Positions 12,444 through 24,667 of a stretch of DNA of 64,000 bases are shown piece after piece. Position 1 is the stretch's first letter, and each line of letters begins with the position of its first letter. Source of the DNA: Okamejei kenojei (lineage: Eukaryota); assembly GCA_035221665.1 (NCBI GenBank), contig CM069160.1, positions 3,844,001 to 3,908,000 on the forward strand. Reading direction: 5' to 3'. Position numbers and translations under genes: made by a program. Below the pieces are notes generated by a model. The model saw only the letters and a list, made by a program, of their open reading frames with translations. It was not told where the DNA came from and made no database searches.

Positions 12444-12673
12444 AGAGGGCAGCGAAAGAAGATATAAAGATTAGGATCGTGACTGGAGCTGTAATCTTTC
12501 CTCTTATTCTCGTGGGGATCATCATTGGAATTGATTGCTGGATGAAGAGGAAAAGGAGAAAAACTCTCAATGAACAGGGACCAGCTAAGAACCGCAGAGA
12601 CCAGGAGAGGACTGCATTGACCATGAAGCACAATCAGCTTCCTTTGGGATGCAGAGGAGGTCTACCGGAATGA
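12444..12673 (+). CDS. MHC class I-like heavy chain, single TM plus cytoplasmic exon with stop codon
   Basis: Phase-1 acceptor ctacAG at 12442-43, in frame with alpha3. Hydrophobic IVTGAVIFPLILVGIIIGIDCWM is followed by basic KRKRRK; TGA at 12671-73. Candidate AATAAA at 13148-53. An assembly gap lies in the preceding intron. Confidence 0.75.
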
Positions 12674-13105
12674 TGCGTGGATTAGTGGGGTACTGGTGAC
12701 AGGGAGAAGTTGGACAGACTTGGATTGTTTTCTCTGGAATGTCGGGGATTGAGGGGAGACCTGTCAGTACTATATACAACTGTGAGGGATAGGGTAGACC
12801 ATCAGACTTTTTACCCAGGAAGGAAATACCAAATAAGAGCAGGTATAGCTTTACAATGAGAGGCAAAGTTTAAAAAAAGAGTGCAGGGCAAGTGTTTGAC
12901 GCCAAGGGTGATGAGTGACTGGAATGTGCTGCCGGGGGTGGTGGTGGAAGCAGATATGGTTGTGGCATTAAATAGACTTTTACATGGGCGCATGAATGTG
13001 CAGGGAATGGATGGATATGGATTATGTGCAAGGAGGTAAGAATTGGTCTTGGCATCATGTTCAGCACAATCATTGTGGATCAAAGAGCCTGTCTTAGTTG
13101 CAGTT
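12645..13105 (+). mobile_element. Old CR1 3' fragment overlapping the MHC stop codon and 3' UTR
   Basis: TGCAGAGGAGGTCTACCGGAATGATG...TTGGACAGACTTGGATTGTTTTCTCTGGA resembles the VQRRFTRM...LDRLGLFSLE segment of the CR1 copies elsewhere in the window. Confidence 0.75.
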
Positions 13106-13284
13106 TCCCGGTGATTCTGAGCTCATTCATTGGAATCCACATTTTGGAATAAAAGGTCGGCCATTTGATTGATTGATTGATTAATACGTTATTGTCACGT
13201 GCGTCAAGTCACAGTGACATTATTCGTTTTGCAAAACATGCACAAGGTATATAAAGTTACAAAGTAATCATTACAGTCCCCAAT

Positions 13285-13960
13285 GGTCCGTTTTTGTTCT
13301 CCGCAGCCCCTCCATGTTGGCTTCACCTGTGTTGTAAGCGCCACCTCCCAACCCCGGGCCCCTCTTTGTTGTCGGCAGCCCCTCCATCTTGGGTTCACCT
13401 GTGTTATATGCGCCCCCCCTCCCAATCCCGCATCCCTCTTTATTCTCGGCAGCCGCTCCATGTTGGATTCACCTGTGTTATCCATGCCCTCCCAACCCCG
13501 GGACCCTCTTTGTTCTCAGTAGCCCCTCCATGTTGGGTTCACTTGTGTTATCGGCGCCCCTCCCCCAACCCCGGGAACCTCTTTGTACTCCGCAGCCCCT
13601 CCATGTTGGGTTCACCTGTGTTCTCAGCGCCCCCCCTCCCCCAAACACGGGACCCTCTTTGTTATCGGCAGCCCCTCCATGTTGGATTCACCTGTGTTCT
13701 CAGCGCCCCCCTCCCCCAAACACGGGACCCTCTTTGTTATCGGCAGCCCCTCCATGTTGGGTTCACCTGTGTTATCGGCGCCCCCCCCCCAACCCCGGGA
13801 CCCTCTTCATTCTGGGCAGCTCCTCCATGTTGGGTTCACCTGTGTTATCGGCGCCCCCGCCCCAACCCCGGGACCGTCTTTATTCTAGGCAGCTCCTGCA
13901 TGTTGGGTTCACCTGTGTTATCGGCGGCCCCCAACCCTGGGACCCTCTTTGTTCTCTTCG
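13285..13960. repeat. GC-rich minisatellite, about 60-bp unit, about 11 copies
   Basis: Unit GCAGCCCCTCCATGTTGGGTTCACCTGTGTTATCGGCGCCCCCC..CCGGGACCCTCTTTGTT. It explains the overlapping repetitive ORFs here. Confidence 0.95.
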
Positions 13961-16293
13961 TTTTCGGTAGACCTCTCATGTCGGGTCCCTGTTTAAAATA
14001 GATACGAAGAAGATTTATTTTTCAGGAGGTGTATGATTTGCCTGAACTTTCTATTGCAGCTGTGAAGACAAGGTGAATGACTATTTTCCAGGTTGAGATA
14101 TATAGAGTTTTAGATCAGAAATGTATCAAAGATTGCAAGAACTGTGCAGTAAACTGATCAAAATCAGATTGGACATTGAAGTTATTGAATGATGCCGTCT
14201 GTTCAAGGGGGATTACAACTGATCACTAATCTTATTTTACATAAAATATTAAGAAGTACATCTCAGGAAGAGGCCCTTTGGCCTACAATGTCTGTGGTGA
14301 ACATGGTGAGATTCTGAACTTATCCCATCTAACTGCAACATGATCCATATCCCCTTACTTCCTGCAGATCAAATTGTCAATCTAAAAGCCTCTCACATGT
14401 CATATAGTTATCTTGCCGGAGATAGACACGAAAAGCTGGGAAACTCACCGGATCAGACAGCATCTTTGGATACAAGGCATAGGTGACATTTCGGGTCGAG
14501 ACCCTTCTTCAGACTGAGAAATGCAGTTTGACCCGCTTATTGAGCCTATCTTCGGGTTACTCCAGCTTTTTAAGCCTATCTTCGGGTAAAACCAGCATCT
14601 GCAGTTCCTTCCTAGTTATTTTGCCACTTCTCTTTGTCACATACTGTAACCTGCATTCCGTGTTCACATACCTGATGGTGTAGTGGAGAAGTAATTGCCT
14701 TTGCATGTAATGCTTCACTCAGTGCTTCAAGTATTTGATGGGCCAGTCAACAAGGATCTTTGTTTTCAATACGAACCACGCTCTACACCACAGTTTAGAT
14801 AATATTGCTTAGTTTAGTTGAGAAACCTTTGAGATGTGCAAGGAAACTGGAGCACCTGGAGAAATGCCACGTGGAGAACATGCAAATTCCACAGAGACAA
14901 TATCCCAGTACCCTGCCATGTGAGTATTTATGGAACACGGTAAGTATGGGGCCTGTGTTTTATTGACCCTACAGAGCACGGGGAACAATACTCATTATCA
15001 AAACTGTGGTATAATAGCTGTGGAAGTGTTTTATGTGCAACAGACCGAGAATTTCATTGTATATCCACCAGTGTCATTTCTGAATTATGAGCGTTTAAAA
15101 AATACGTTTGAATGAGTTTGCAGGCATCCACCATTCTCTGGGTAACATTGAAATAAGCATGTTCAGCCATTCTGAGAATAGGAGCGAATTGGCTCAGAGT
15201 GATAACAGAGCAAAATTATTAGTTTAGTTTAGTTTAGAGATAAAGGTTGGAACAAGCCCTTCAGCCCACCGAGTCCGCACTGATTTCCGCACACTAACAT
15301 TAGTCCAGATCAAACCCGGCTGTGGCACTTAATGCAGCAACTCCAGTGCTGCACCGCCATGTTGCCCTTATTGTTGTCGGATGTGCAGCGAATGGAGGTA
15401 TATTATGTGCAGGCTAATAAGAGTTGGTCTTGACATCCTGTTCAACACAGACATTGTGGGCCAAAGGGCCTGTTCCAGTGCTGTGGAGGGGACCAGGGGA
15501 CAGCGGAGGGACAATTTCTTGGCGGCCGTGCGCATGCGCAAAATCACACACACACGCCAGGCATCGGTAGCTTCAGCCTTCAAGCAGCTTGAAAGTGTCA
15601 TGAAGAAGGGTTTCGGACCGAAACGTCGCCCGAAACGACGCCTATTTCGTTCGCTCCATAGATGCTGCCGCACTCGCAGAGTTTCTCCAGCATTTTTCTC
15701 TATCTTCGATTTTCTAGCATCTGCAGTTCCTTCTTGAACATGTCCTATATTATGTTGCCCAGCATGACGTCCAGTGTTTTTTTTTTAATCTGTGGTAACT
15801 GTAGTATGGATACCGAGCTATTAAACCAAGCAATATATAAATGAACTGAATTATATGCAACCTAAAACTTTGTATTCTTGGATGTATTAAACATTTTTAC
15901 CCCAATTGCCAGCTGTAAAAATAGAGGGTGTCAATTAGTTAATAAAATTGCTTTCTAATCTGCAGAGAGCATTTGGTCTCTGTAATTGCTTGTTTTGTTG
16001 CCTTTGTAACTGTCATGCACGAAATTTTGTTTAAACTTGTTTGAATAAAAATAAAGGAAATTCGATTCAATTCAATGTACAGGTGTCGGTTCCCTCTCTC
16101 TATTTGCCAAATGTATTTTAGATTCTCATGTGGCTCATGGGATACGGTTTATTGGTGAAACATTTAGCTTGTGCGTTTGCCAACATGTGGATAGCTCATC
16201 ATTGAAGATTACGTCAGTTATTGTCCTCTGGCAGTTTAGACACTACTTTGGCATTGGGCTTGGTGTTCTTGCTTGAGCGCTTATCCTGATGTT

Positions 16294-17631
16294 ATAACCA
16301 TATAACCATATAACAATTACAGCACGGAAACAGGCCCTCTCGGCCCTTCCAGTCCGTGCCGACCATTTGTTTTCCCCTAGTCCCATCTACCTGCACTCAG
16401 ACCATACCCCTCCATTCCCTTCACGTCCATATACCTATCCACTTTACTCTTAAATGTTAAAATCGATCCTGCCTCCACCACTTCTGCTGGAAGCTGATTC
16501 CACACAGCCAGCACCCTCTGAGTAAAGAAGTTCCCCCTCACGTTACCCGAAACCTCTGTCCCTTAATTCTCATGTCATGCCCTCTTCTTTGAATCTTCCC
16601 TACCCTCAATGGGAAAAACGTATCCACGTCAACTCTGTCTATCCCTTTCATCATTTTAAAGACCTCAATCAAGTCCCCCCTTAACCTTCTGCGCTCCAAA
16701 GAATAAAGACCTAACTTGTTCAACCTTTCTCTGTAACATAGTTGCTGGAACCCTGGCAACATTCTAGTAAATCTCCTCTGTACTCTCTCTATTTTGTTGA
16801 CATCCTTCCTATAACTAGGCGACCAAAATTGTACACCATACTCCAGAATTGGTCTTACCGATGCCTTGTACAATTTTAACATTACTTCCCTACTCCTATA
16901 TTCAATGCTCTGATTTATAAAAGGCCCAGCACACCAAAGGCTTTCTTTACCACCCTATCTACATGCGATTCCACCTTCAGGGAACTATGCACAGTTATTC
17001 CTAGATCCCTCTGTTCCACAGCATTCCTCAATTCCCTACCATTTACCATGTACGTCCTATTTTGATTTGTCCTGCCAAGATGTAGCACTTCACACTTATC
17101 AGCATTAAACTCCATCTGCCATCTTTCAGCCCACTTTTCCAAATGGCCCAAATCTCTCTGTAGATTTTGAAAATCTACTTCATTATCCACAACACCACCT
17201 ATCTCAGTATCATCTGCATACTTACTTATACAATTTTTCCACCCCATCATCCAGATCATTGATGTACATGACAAACAACAGTGGACCAAACACAGATCCC
17301 TGAGGCACCCCACTGGTCACCGGCTTCCAACCTGACAAACAGCCATCCACCATTACTCTCTGACATCTCCCATTCAGCCACTGTTGAATCCATCTTGCTA
17401 CTCCGCCATTAACACCCAAAGATTGAACCTTCTTAACCAACCTTCCATGGGGAACCTTGTTTAAGGCCTTACTAAAATCCATATAGACAACATCCACTGC
17501 TTTACCCTCATCAATTTCCCTAGTTACCGCTTCAAAAAATTCAAGAAGGTTTGTCAAACATGACCTTCCAGGCACAAATCCATGTTGACTGTTCCTGATC
17601 AGACCCTGTTTATCCAGATGCTTATATATAT
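16294..17631 (-). mobile_element. 5'-truncated young CR1 LINE (family A)
   Basis: RT motifs GVPQGS and YADD, (TATGGTTA)n tail; nearly identical to 27187-28518. Confidence 0.95.
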
Positions 17632-18528
17632 AGCACAATCTAGCACGTTATAGCACAATCACTATGTGTATTAATGGTAAATCATAATTGATATTAGCTC
17701 AATGTTACTGAGCATGTTATCAAACCAGAGAGACGCCAGGAACTGCAGATTCTGGCACTTTGAGCAAACCATTAACTGCTGGAGGAACTCACCGGGTCAG
17801 GCAGCATTTCTGGAGAATGGAATAGGTTACATTTTGGGTCTGAAGAAGGCTCTCGACCCAAATCGTCGCCTTTTCCCTTTCTTCGGAGATGCTGCCTGAC
17901 CTGTTGAGTTACTCCAGCTTTTTGTGTCTATGAAAGAACGCACTCTTTTCTTTCTACATTGTTCCACTCCAAATTAAAAACTAAAGAAGAAATTGAACTG
18001 CATTGTATGTTTTCCTAATTATCAAACGATTGGGGCGTGGGACATAGGTTCTAACAAACATTGCAACAGCGGGTTAGGCTGTTAATGTTAAACAGCATTA
18101 GGAAAATAGCCGGCCCGGAAAACAAAACCATTGCGGTTTGAGTTGATCAAAATATAACTGTTTACATCATTCAATGCGTGGGATGGAACTGCAGATGCTG
18201 GTTTATACTGGAGACAGACACAAAATGTTGGAGTAACTCAGCGGGCCAGGCAGCATCTCTGGCGAGGAGTGGGCGATGTGTCTCGTCAGGACTTTTCCTT
18301 CACAGATGCTGCCTGACCCGCTGAGTTACTCCAGCATTCTGTGTCTACTATTCGCACCATTGGTGTCAGTGGGACGATTCTTACAGATTCGCTTGTACCA
18401 AGGGAGGTGCATTGAATGTTGTAACTTCTCTGCGCCACGTATCGGTGGAGTTTTTGTTTCAGACCGTGTTTGTTCGTGAAAGTGATCACTAATGCAACCG
18501 AGTATACCCTTCCTGAGTACCATCGCGT

Positions 18529-18580
<52 letters not shown>

Positions 18581-18598
18581 ACCCCCCCCCCCCCCCCC
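18529..18598. repeat. About 70-nt poly-C tract
   Basis: Homopolymer interrupted by a single A. Confidence 0.95.
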
Positions 18599-19244
18599 GG
18601 GGAGCACACTGCGTTGCTCCTACCAAGTAAAAGGAAGAGACTTCGAGACTAGCCCGGGCCTCCAGCGATAACAGACCCACGAGGTACCCCGAGTACAACT
18701 CGTGGTTGTGTACGAGACTTCAAGTTTATGTTCAAGTGTTTAACCGAGTTCCCACGGGTATGTCATTTCTGCGATGTTCCAAGTTCCTCCTCCGAGTTAC
18801 CAAGTTCCTCTCCCGTTACTCTTGAGCCAAACGTGAATTAATAAAGCAACAATGTTAAAATACATCTCCATCCTGTGGCTTTGAGTTATTTCAGCGCGGC
18901 CGCATCTATTAATACGAGCTACAAAGGGAAAATGCGCACCCTCCAGTAACCAATAACGTGGTAAGTGCATTTCTTGGTGCTTTATGTTTTAAATACTGTA
19001 TTTCCCGGGGTGGGGGGAGAGCTCAGTTCATAGTATTTGGGGAGTCTGGCGTTGTGAAGGAGGGGATTGGGGTTAGTAACCCACTTGCCACGGTCCAGTC
19101 TGAGTGCAGGTAGATGGGACTAGGTGACAGTAAACGGCACGGAGTAAAAGGGCAGAGATGGCCTGTTTCTATGCTGTCATTGCTATATGGTTTTATTGTG
19201 GCCGGGGAGTGAATTAGCTTGGTTGGCAGCCGCAGCGCTCCGGG

Positions 19245-19342
19245 CACGGACAGCAGAACTGGCCGCCACTTCCGATGAAGGAAGCAGCTCGGGTGACTGA
19301 CTTTGAGCGGCCGCCGGGACCCGACAGCAGATACACACACAG

Positions 19343-19416
<74 letters not shown>

Positions 19417-19501
19417 GCGCGCGGACAGCAGAACTGGCCGCCACTTCCGAGGAAGGAAGCAGCTCGGGTGACTGATTTTGAGCGGCCGCCGGGATCCGAC
19501 A

Positions 19502-19549
<48 letters not shown>

Positions 19550-19624
19550 ACAGATACACACAGACAGCAGAACTGGCCGCCACTTCCGAGGAAGGAAGCA
19601 GCTCGGGTGACTGACTTTGAGCGG
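19245..19624. repeat. Tandem repeat of a CpG-rich unit separated by (CA)n microsatellites, running into a gap
   Basis: GACAGCAGAACTGGCCGCCACTTCCGA.GAAGGAAGCAGCTCGGGTGACTGA.TTTGAGCGG occurs three times (about 19249, 19424, 19563). Confidence 0.9.
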
Positions 19625-19803
19625 NNNNNNNNNNNNNNNNNNNNNNNNNNNNNNNNNNNNNNNNNNNNNNNNNNNNNNNNNNNNNNNNNNNNNNNNNNNN
19701 NNNNNNNNNNNNNNNNNNNNNNNNNNNNNNNNNNNNNNNNNNNNNNNNNNNNNNNNNNNNNNNNNNNNNNNNNNNNNNNNNNNNNNNNNNNNNNNNNNNN
19801 NNA
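19625..19803. other. Assembly gap (N run)
   Basis: N run. Confidence 1.
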
Positions 19804-20595
19804 CCCTTCTTCAGACAATCCAATGTCCAAAAATATATTCTTTAAATATTAAGGTTTCTGTTGAAAGTGTGGTGCCGTGGTTACGGGTGGGCGGAAGGAA
19901 GATGATGAGGTCTGGTACAAGTTTACTTTGTTTTCAGTAATCAGGCCTCCGTGTTGGCTGATGCCTGGTTGTTCAAACAGTTGCGAGCGAGCGAGGTCCA
20001 TATATAGAAGCAAGGAACGCGAAGCCTCTGAGGGTTCATTGTTCCCCTGGTTTGGATTGCTCCCAGGAGACCGGGCACAAAGACAAATTTAGGCATTTTT
20101 CTGTGGAAGGGGGAGCAGAATAGAATCGAAAGCATTGTAACAGCAACACTCTCCCCAACACGAAACACAGCGCAGCGTAAACAATTAAACAGCTTCACTT
20201 TTAAAAGCAAAGACACACGTTAAATTACATGGCCCCAAGAAATCGCCTCTCAATTGCTTCGAGTTGGAATTGAAATATATATAATATATATAATATGTAT
20301 ATACATATTATACTACAAATACATATATATATTATATATACTGCAATTGTGAGAATGGTGAATCTGTGGAATTCTCTGCCACAGAGGGTAGTTGAGGCCA
20401 GTTCCTTGGCTATATTTAAGAGGGAGTTAGATGTGGCCCTTGTGGCTAAAGGGATCAGGGGGTATGGAGAGAAGGCAGGTACAGGATACTGAGTTGGATG
20501 ATCAGCGATGATCATATTGAATGGCGGTGCAGGCTCGAAGGGCTGAATGGCCTACCCCTGCACCTATTTTATATGTTTCTAAGTTTCTATATATG

Positions 20596-20670
<75 letters not shown>

Positions 20671-20710
20671 TTTATATATAGGCAATATAGTAGGCAATAT
20701 AGTTATATAT

Positions 20711-20834
20711 AGTAGGCAACCCAGGAACCACGCAAAGTATATATACAGCACATGGACATGTGTATGTTTGTATATATATATAGACATGTCCATGTGCTGT
20801 ATATATACTTTGTGTGGTTCCTGGGTTGCCTACT
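20711..20834. repeat. Near-perfect inverted repeat (about 51-bp arms)
   Basis: AGTAGGCAACCCAGGAACCACGCAAAG...CATGGACATGT pairs with ACATGTCCATG...CTTTGTGTGGTTCCTGGGTTGCCTACT, one mismatch. Confidence 0.95.
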
Positions 20835-22872
20835 GCTGAGTAACTCCACGAGCGGGGGAGGGGGGGGGGGGGGGGGGGGTGTTGGCGAGTCGGTGAAAAT
20901 ACAGCTCCAGGTGGGATATAAGAAGAGATAAAACAAAAACACTGAAAGCAACTAGTAACTTAACAGCGGGAAGTAGGACATACACATTTAATTACTTTTA
21001 ATCCCTCCAGAAAAAAAACCTGAAAGTGGAGATGGTTCTCATACATAAAGCCCAAGAGATGGCTTCTTGATTCTAACGAGTGTTTGGGAAAAATAGACAC
21101 ATCTCTGGAGAGAACGGATGGGTGACGTTTCGGGTTGAGACACTTCTTCGGACTGGTGTTTGGGAAACGTGGATTAGGTTTGTTTTCGGGGGACGAGGGG
21201 GGGAATACATTCGCCTTTTTCTCTGATTTCAGGAATGAATGCATGTTGACACACATAACACAGAGAAGGGGGGATCGCTGCGTTTAGGTCTGAGGAGAAG
21301 GGAGCCAAGTAGTTCTCGATTTTCCCGGGCGATAGTTTCACTTTTTTTGCATTTTTCCTTCTCTCCTGCCGCCTGTTCCGCTGAGTTACTCCTGCGTTTT
21401 GTGTCAAAGTCGTCTTGTTCAATCTCATTTCATTGCAACTTTCAGCTCTGGATACCCCGCATTGATCCGCGCGTATTTCAGCATTTATATTTCTCAAGCC
21501 TCTTTACCTCCCGGGGCCACATGTAACTTAACCACATGTAATTACTCCAGCATTTTGTGACTAGCTGAAGAAGGGTCTCGACCCGAAACGTCCCCTATCT
21601 CCTTCGCTCCTTAGACGAAACGTCCCCCATCTCCGAAAACATGAAGGGGGCACGTCCCGCCTGCACCCCCGACCCCCGCCCGGGGATTTCCACAAATGGA
21701 TGAAACTATAATTAAACTGTGCGTTCCATTGTTTGGAACCTTACACTGTCCGGTCATTCAATCTTCGCCTTTAAACCAACAGCACGATGTTTTAGGGTCG
21801 GAATACAACGTGCTGAAGGAACTAGGTGGGTCAGGCAGCATCTGTGGAGGGAATTGACAGACTACGATTTCGGTCGAGCCTCTCGTTCATACTGATTGGA
21901 GTAGGGGAAGAAAGGTGCAAAATGAGACGTGGGGCCGGAATAAAGCCTGGCGGGTAATGTGGATGGACACAAGGTGTTGCAGTAACTTGGCGGGTCAGGC
22001 AGCATCTCCAGCGACTCTGGAGAACAAGAGTTGGTGACCTTTCGGGTCGTTTTTTCTGAGGTACAAAGTACTGGAGTAACTCAGCGGGTCTGGCAGCATC
22101 TCTGAAGAAAAATAACAGGTAACGTTTCTTTCAGTCTGAAGAAAAGTTCGGAACCGAAACGTCACATATGTTTTTTATTCAGAGATGTTGCCTGACCCGC
22201 GGAGTTACTCCAGCACTTTATGTCTATCTTCGTTAGAAACTAGCTTCTGCAGTTCCTCCCGACACCAGTATTGCGTGGATTCGGGTGAGGGGGAGGGTGA
22301 TTGGCAGATGGTTGAACATAATGAAAAGGGCTAAAGGTGAAAAGGAGACAACATTCTGTTGGGTGTGGAAAGAAGAGGAGTGAAATGTGAAGCCAGAGCG
22401 AGGGATGTCGATGGAAGGGGACATGGGGTTGGGGGAAGTGGGAAGAACGGGTGCCGTATCGGGTTAGCGGCACATGAAAGAGAGGGGGTTACTAGTTAAA
22501 ATTGGGATATTCAATATTTATAACGAAAGACACAAATGCCGCAGTAACTCAGTGGGACAGGCAGCATCTCTGGAGAGAAGTAAAGTGTGACGTTTCCCAT
22601 TCCTTCTCTCCAGAGATGCCGCCTGTCCCGCCGAGTTATTCCAGCATGTTGTGTCTATCTTCGGTTTGAACGCGCATCTGCGGTTCCTTGCTACACATCA
22701 ATCTTCATACCGTTGGGTGCTAGGCTAACCCAGCAGAATATGAGGTGCTGTTCCGCCAGTTTGTGTGTGGCCTCTCTCTTATGGCCAAGGACAGATGTCG
22801 GTATGGGAAAGGGAAGGGCAGTTAAATGGCAGGTAATGCAAGAAATCAGGCAACAAGCTTCCATTCAACGGT

Positions 22873-23773
22873 CTAATTTATTTTTAAAAACCGGACAATA
22901 ATAATAAATGGATATGCTATCACTTTCTTCGCTTCCTCCCGGAACCTCCTCTGGACATGAGCATAAATACACGTGTTTGTACAGGAACTCAAATACATTA
23001 GCAGAAGCGCTATTCTAATCGCAAGATAAAGGGACCTCGGGGCGTTGACCGCAAAACTCTGCGTGACTTCGAAACACAAGTCGAGTATCATAACCGGAGT
23101 CCACAGCGCAGTGAAGCTCCCCGAGATGGCAAATAACAGAATGATTGAAGTCCTCCGGTTTCTGATCTCGGGATCACAGATATTACCGTCCACGCGGCGC
23201 TTCAGGGCGCTGCGAATTCGACTGACCTGTACAATGTGTCCGACGGTCAGTGAATTTAACAGCAGTACCAGCGGCAGTGGCAGCAGTGGTACCAAAAGTT
23301 TGGAGAACCATTTGTACGTCTTCCATGCGGTCGATGTAGCATATTCTGCAACTGTATGGCAGCCCCATCGTATATCACCGGCAATATAGCTGGGCTCATA
23401 CCGAAAATAAACTGGAATATGGATCAAAAAGCTGCACAAACACACTGTCGTTAGAATCACTGCGGCGGTTCTCTCGGTGCAGTATTTTGATTTTAATTTC
23501 TGGCAACAAATGGCGAAGAAGCGGTCGACTGTGAATGACACTGTGGACCAGACGGAGAATTGTACGCAGGATATTTGTATAAAGGATGTAAGGCGACACG
23601 TACAGGTGTATGCCAGGAATGAATCCGGAAAATGATACCTGAGGACGTTCCCGACGGTGACATTAAATATACAGACCATTGATCCGCGACTGCCATAGTT
23701 AGCATGTAACGGATGACCACTTTGGAGAGGCCGCACATTCCCCGGGACAGGACCACGAGAGAGAGAACGTTTG
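22873..23773 (-). pseudogene. GPR139-like class A GPCR, exon 2 (rest of TM1 to TM7), 1-nt frameshift near 23680
   Basis: Acceptor ttacAG at 23774-75. ANVLSLVVLSRGMCGLSKVVIRYMLTMAVAD then shifts frame into MVCIFNV...SVWSTVSFTVDRFFAICCQKLKSKYCTERTA...LSSCTNTCIYA. These motifs are typical of the GPR139/142-like receptors expanded in cartilaginous fish. Pseudogene versus sequencing error is unresolved. Confidence 0.85.
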
Positions 23774-24519
23774 CTGTAACAAGATGACAAGGCAGGTCAT
23801 GACCAGAGAGAACCCCCCAGCATCGAGAACGTGTCTCTGGTCACGGGAACGCTGGGAATAACCGAACCGGGAACATTGTAACTGGTGCAGTCAATATTGC
23901 AGGGCCGACATCATTGGCTGTGTGAAGGGGAACGATGTGGGATATTCAACAACAGACCAATTGCCCTCATCGACCGGGTATGGGGCTAAGTGACAGGTTG
24001 CAGCTTCATAGCTACTTTCTACCTCACTGGGGACCCTCGGACTATATTTGATCAGACACACAGCATCTCTGGAGAAAATGAATAGGCATTCCTGCCATTC
24101 ATTTGTCCTAAATGCCGTCTATATCTCTCGTTCCAATCCCCCCCTGAAGAAGGGTCTCGACCCGAAAGCGTCACCTATTCCTCCACAGATGCTGCCTGAC
24201 CCGCCGATTTACTTCAGCTTTTGAACCTGTCTTCGGTTTAAACCAGCATCTGTAGCTACATATTTTTGATCGGACTTTACTGGACTTTATCTTGCACTGT
24301 ACGTTATTCACGGTATTATCTGTGTCATGTATTTGTTCACTGTGGGTGGCTCGGCTGTAATCATGCATTGTCATTCCGCTGACTGGTTAACACGCAAGAA
24401 AGGCTTCACTGTACCTCGCTACACGTGACAAGAAAGTAGACTAAAACTCAAAAGAGGAGATACTCCTGAATACAGATAATCTGAAGTAAAGCGACGGAGG
24501 TGACAACAAAATAACTCAC

Positions 24520-24589
24520 CTGGGATACCGATAATTGCAAGAATCTGGTAACAAATGATGGTCGCATCAGCCGCCTCTGTTCCCTGCAT
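24520..24589 (-). CDS. GPR139-like GPCR, exon 1 (MQGTEAADATIICYQILAIIGIP)
   Basis: ATG at 24589, 70 nt, donor G|GTGAGT at 24519. Phase 1 joins exon 2 as GIP-A-N, giving the conserved TM1 Asn. Confidence 0.85.
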
Positions 24590-24667
24590 TTTATGATGGA
24601 TAGGAGCAAGATCTGGTTATGGCAAAGGTACAGATGCCATATTGAAGCGATTCACGCTGCAGCCTGA

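Noticed and set aside
13285-13960. CRISPR-like regular repeat
   Set aside because: No unique spacers, no cas genes, and a vertebrate context.
13204-14001. Overlapping Pro/Cys-rich ORFs up to 235 aa
   Set aside because: Translations of the 60-bp minisatellite; no splice or domain evidence.
15529-15540. Perfect NRF1 palindrome TGCGCATGCGCA
   Set aside because: Isolated among repeat fragments with no associated CpG island or exon.
19023-19940. ORFs with CV/TH repeats and X runs
   Set aside because: (CA)n microsatellites and an N gap.
19902-19961. C/D-box snoRNA-like ATGATGA...CTGA
   Set aside because: No terminal stem, no recognisable guide and no evident host gene; can arise by chance.
22873-23790. 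The 305-aa ORF as a complete single-exon GPCR
   Set aside because: Its N-terminal ~37 aa are off-frame or intronic; the true start is exon 1 at 24589.
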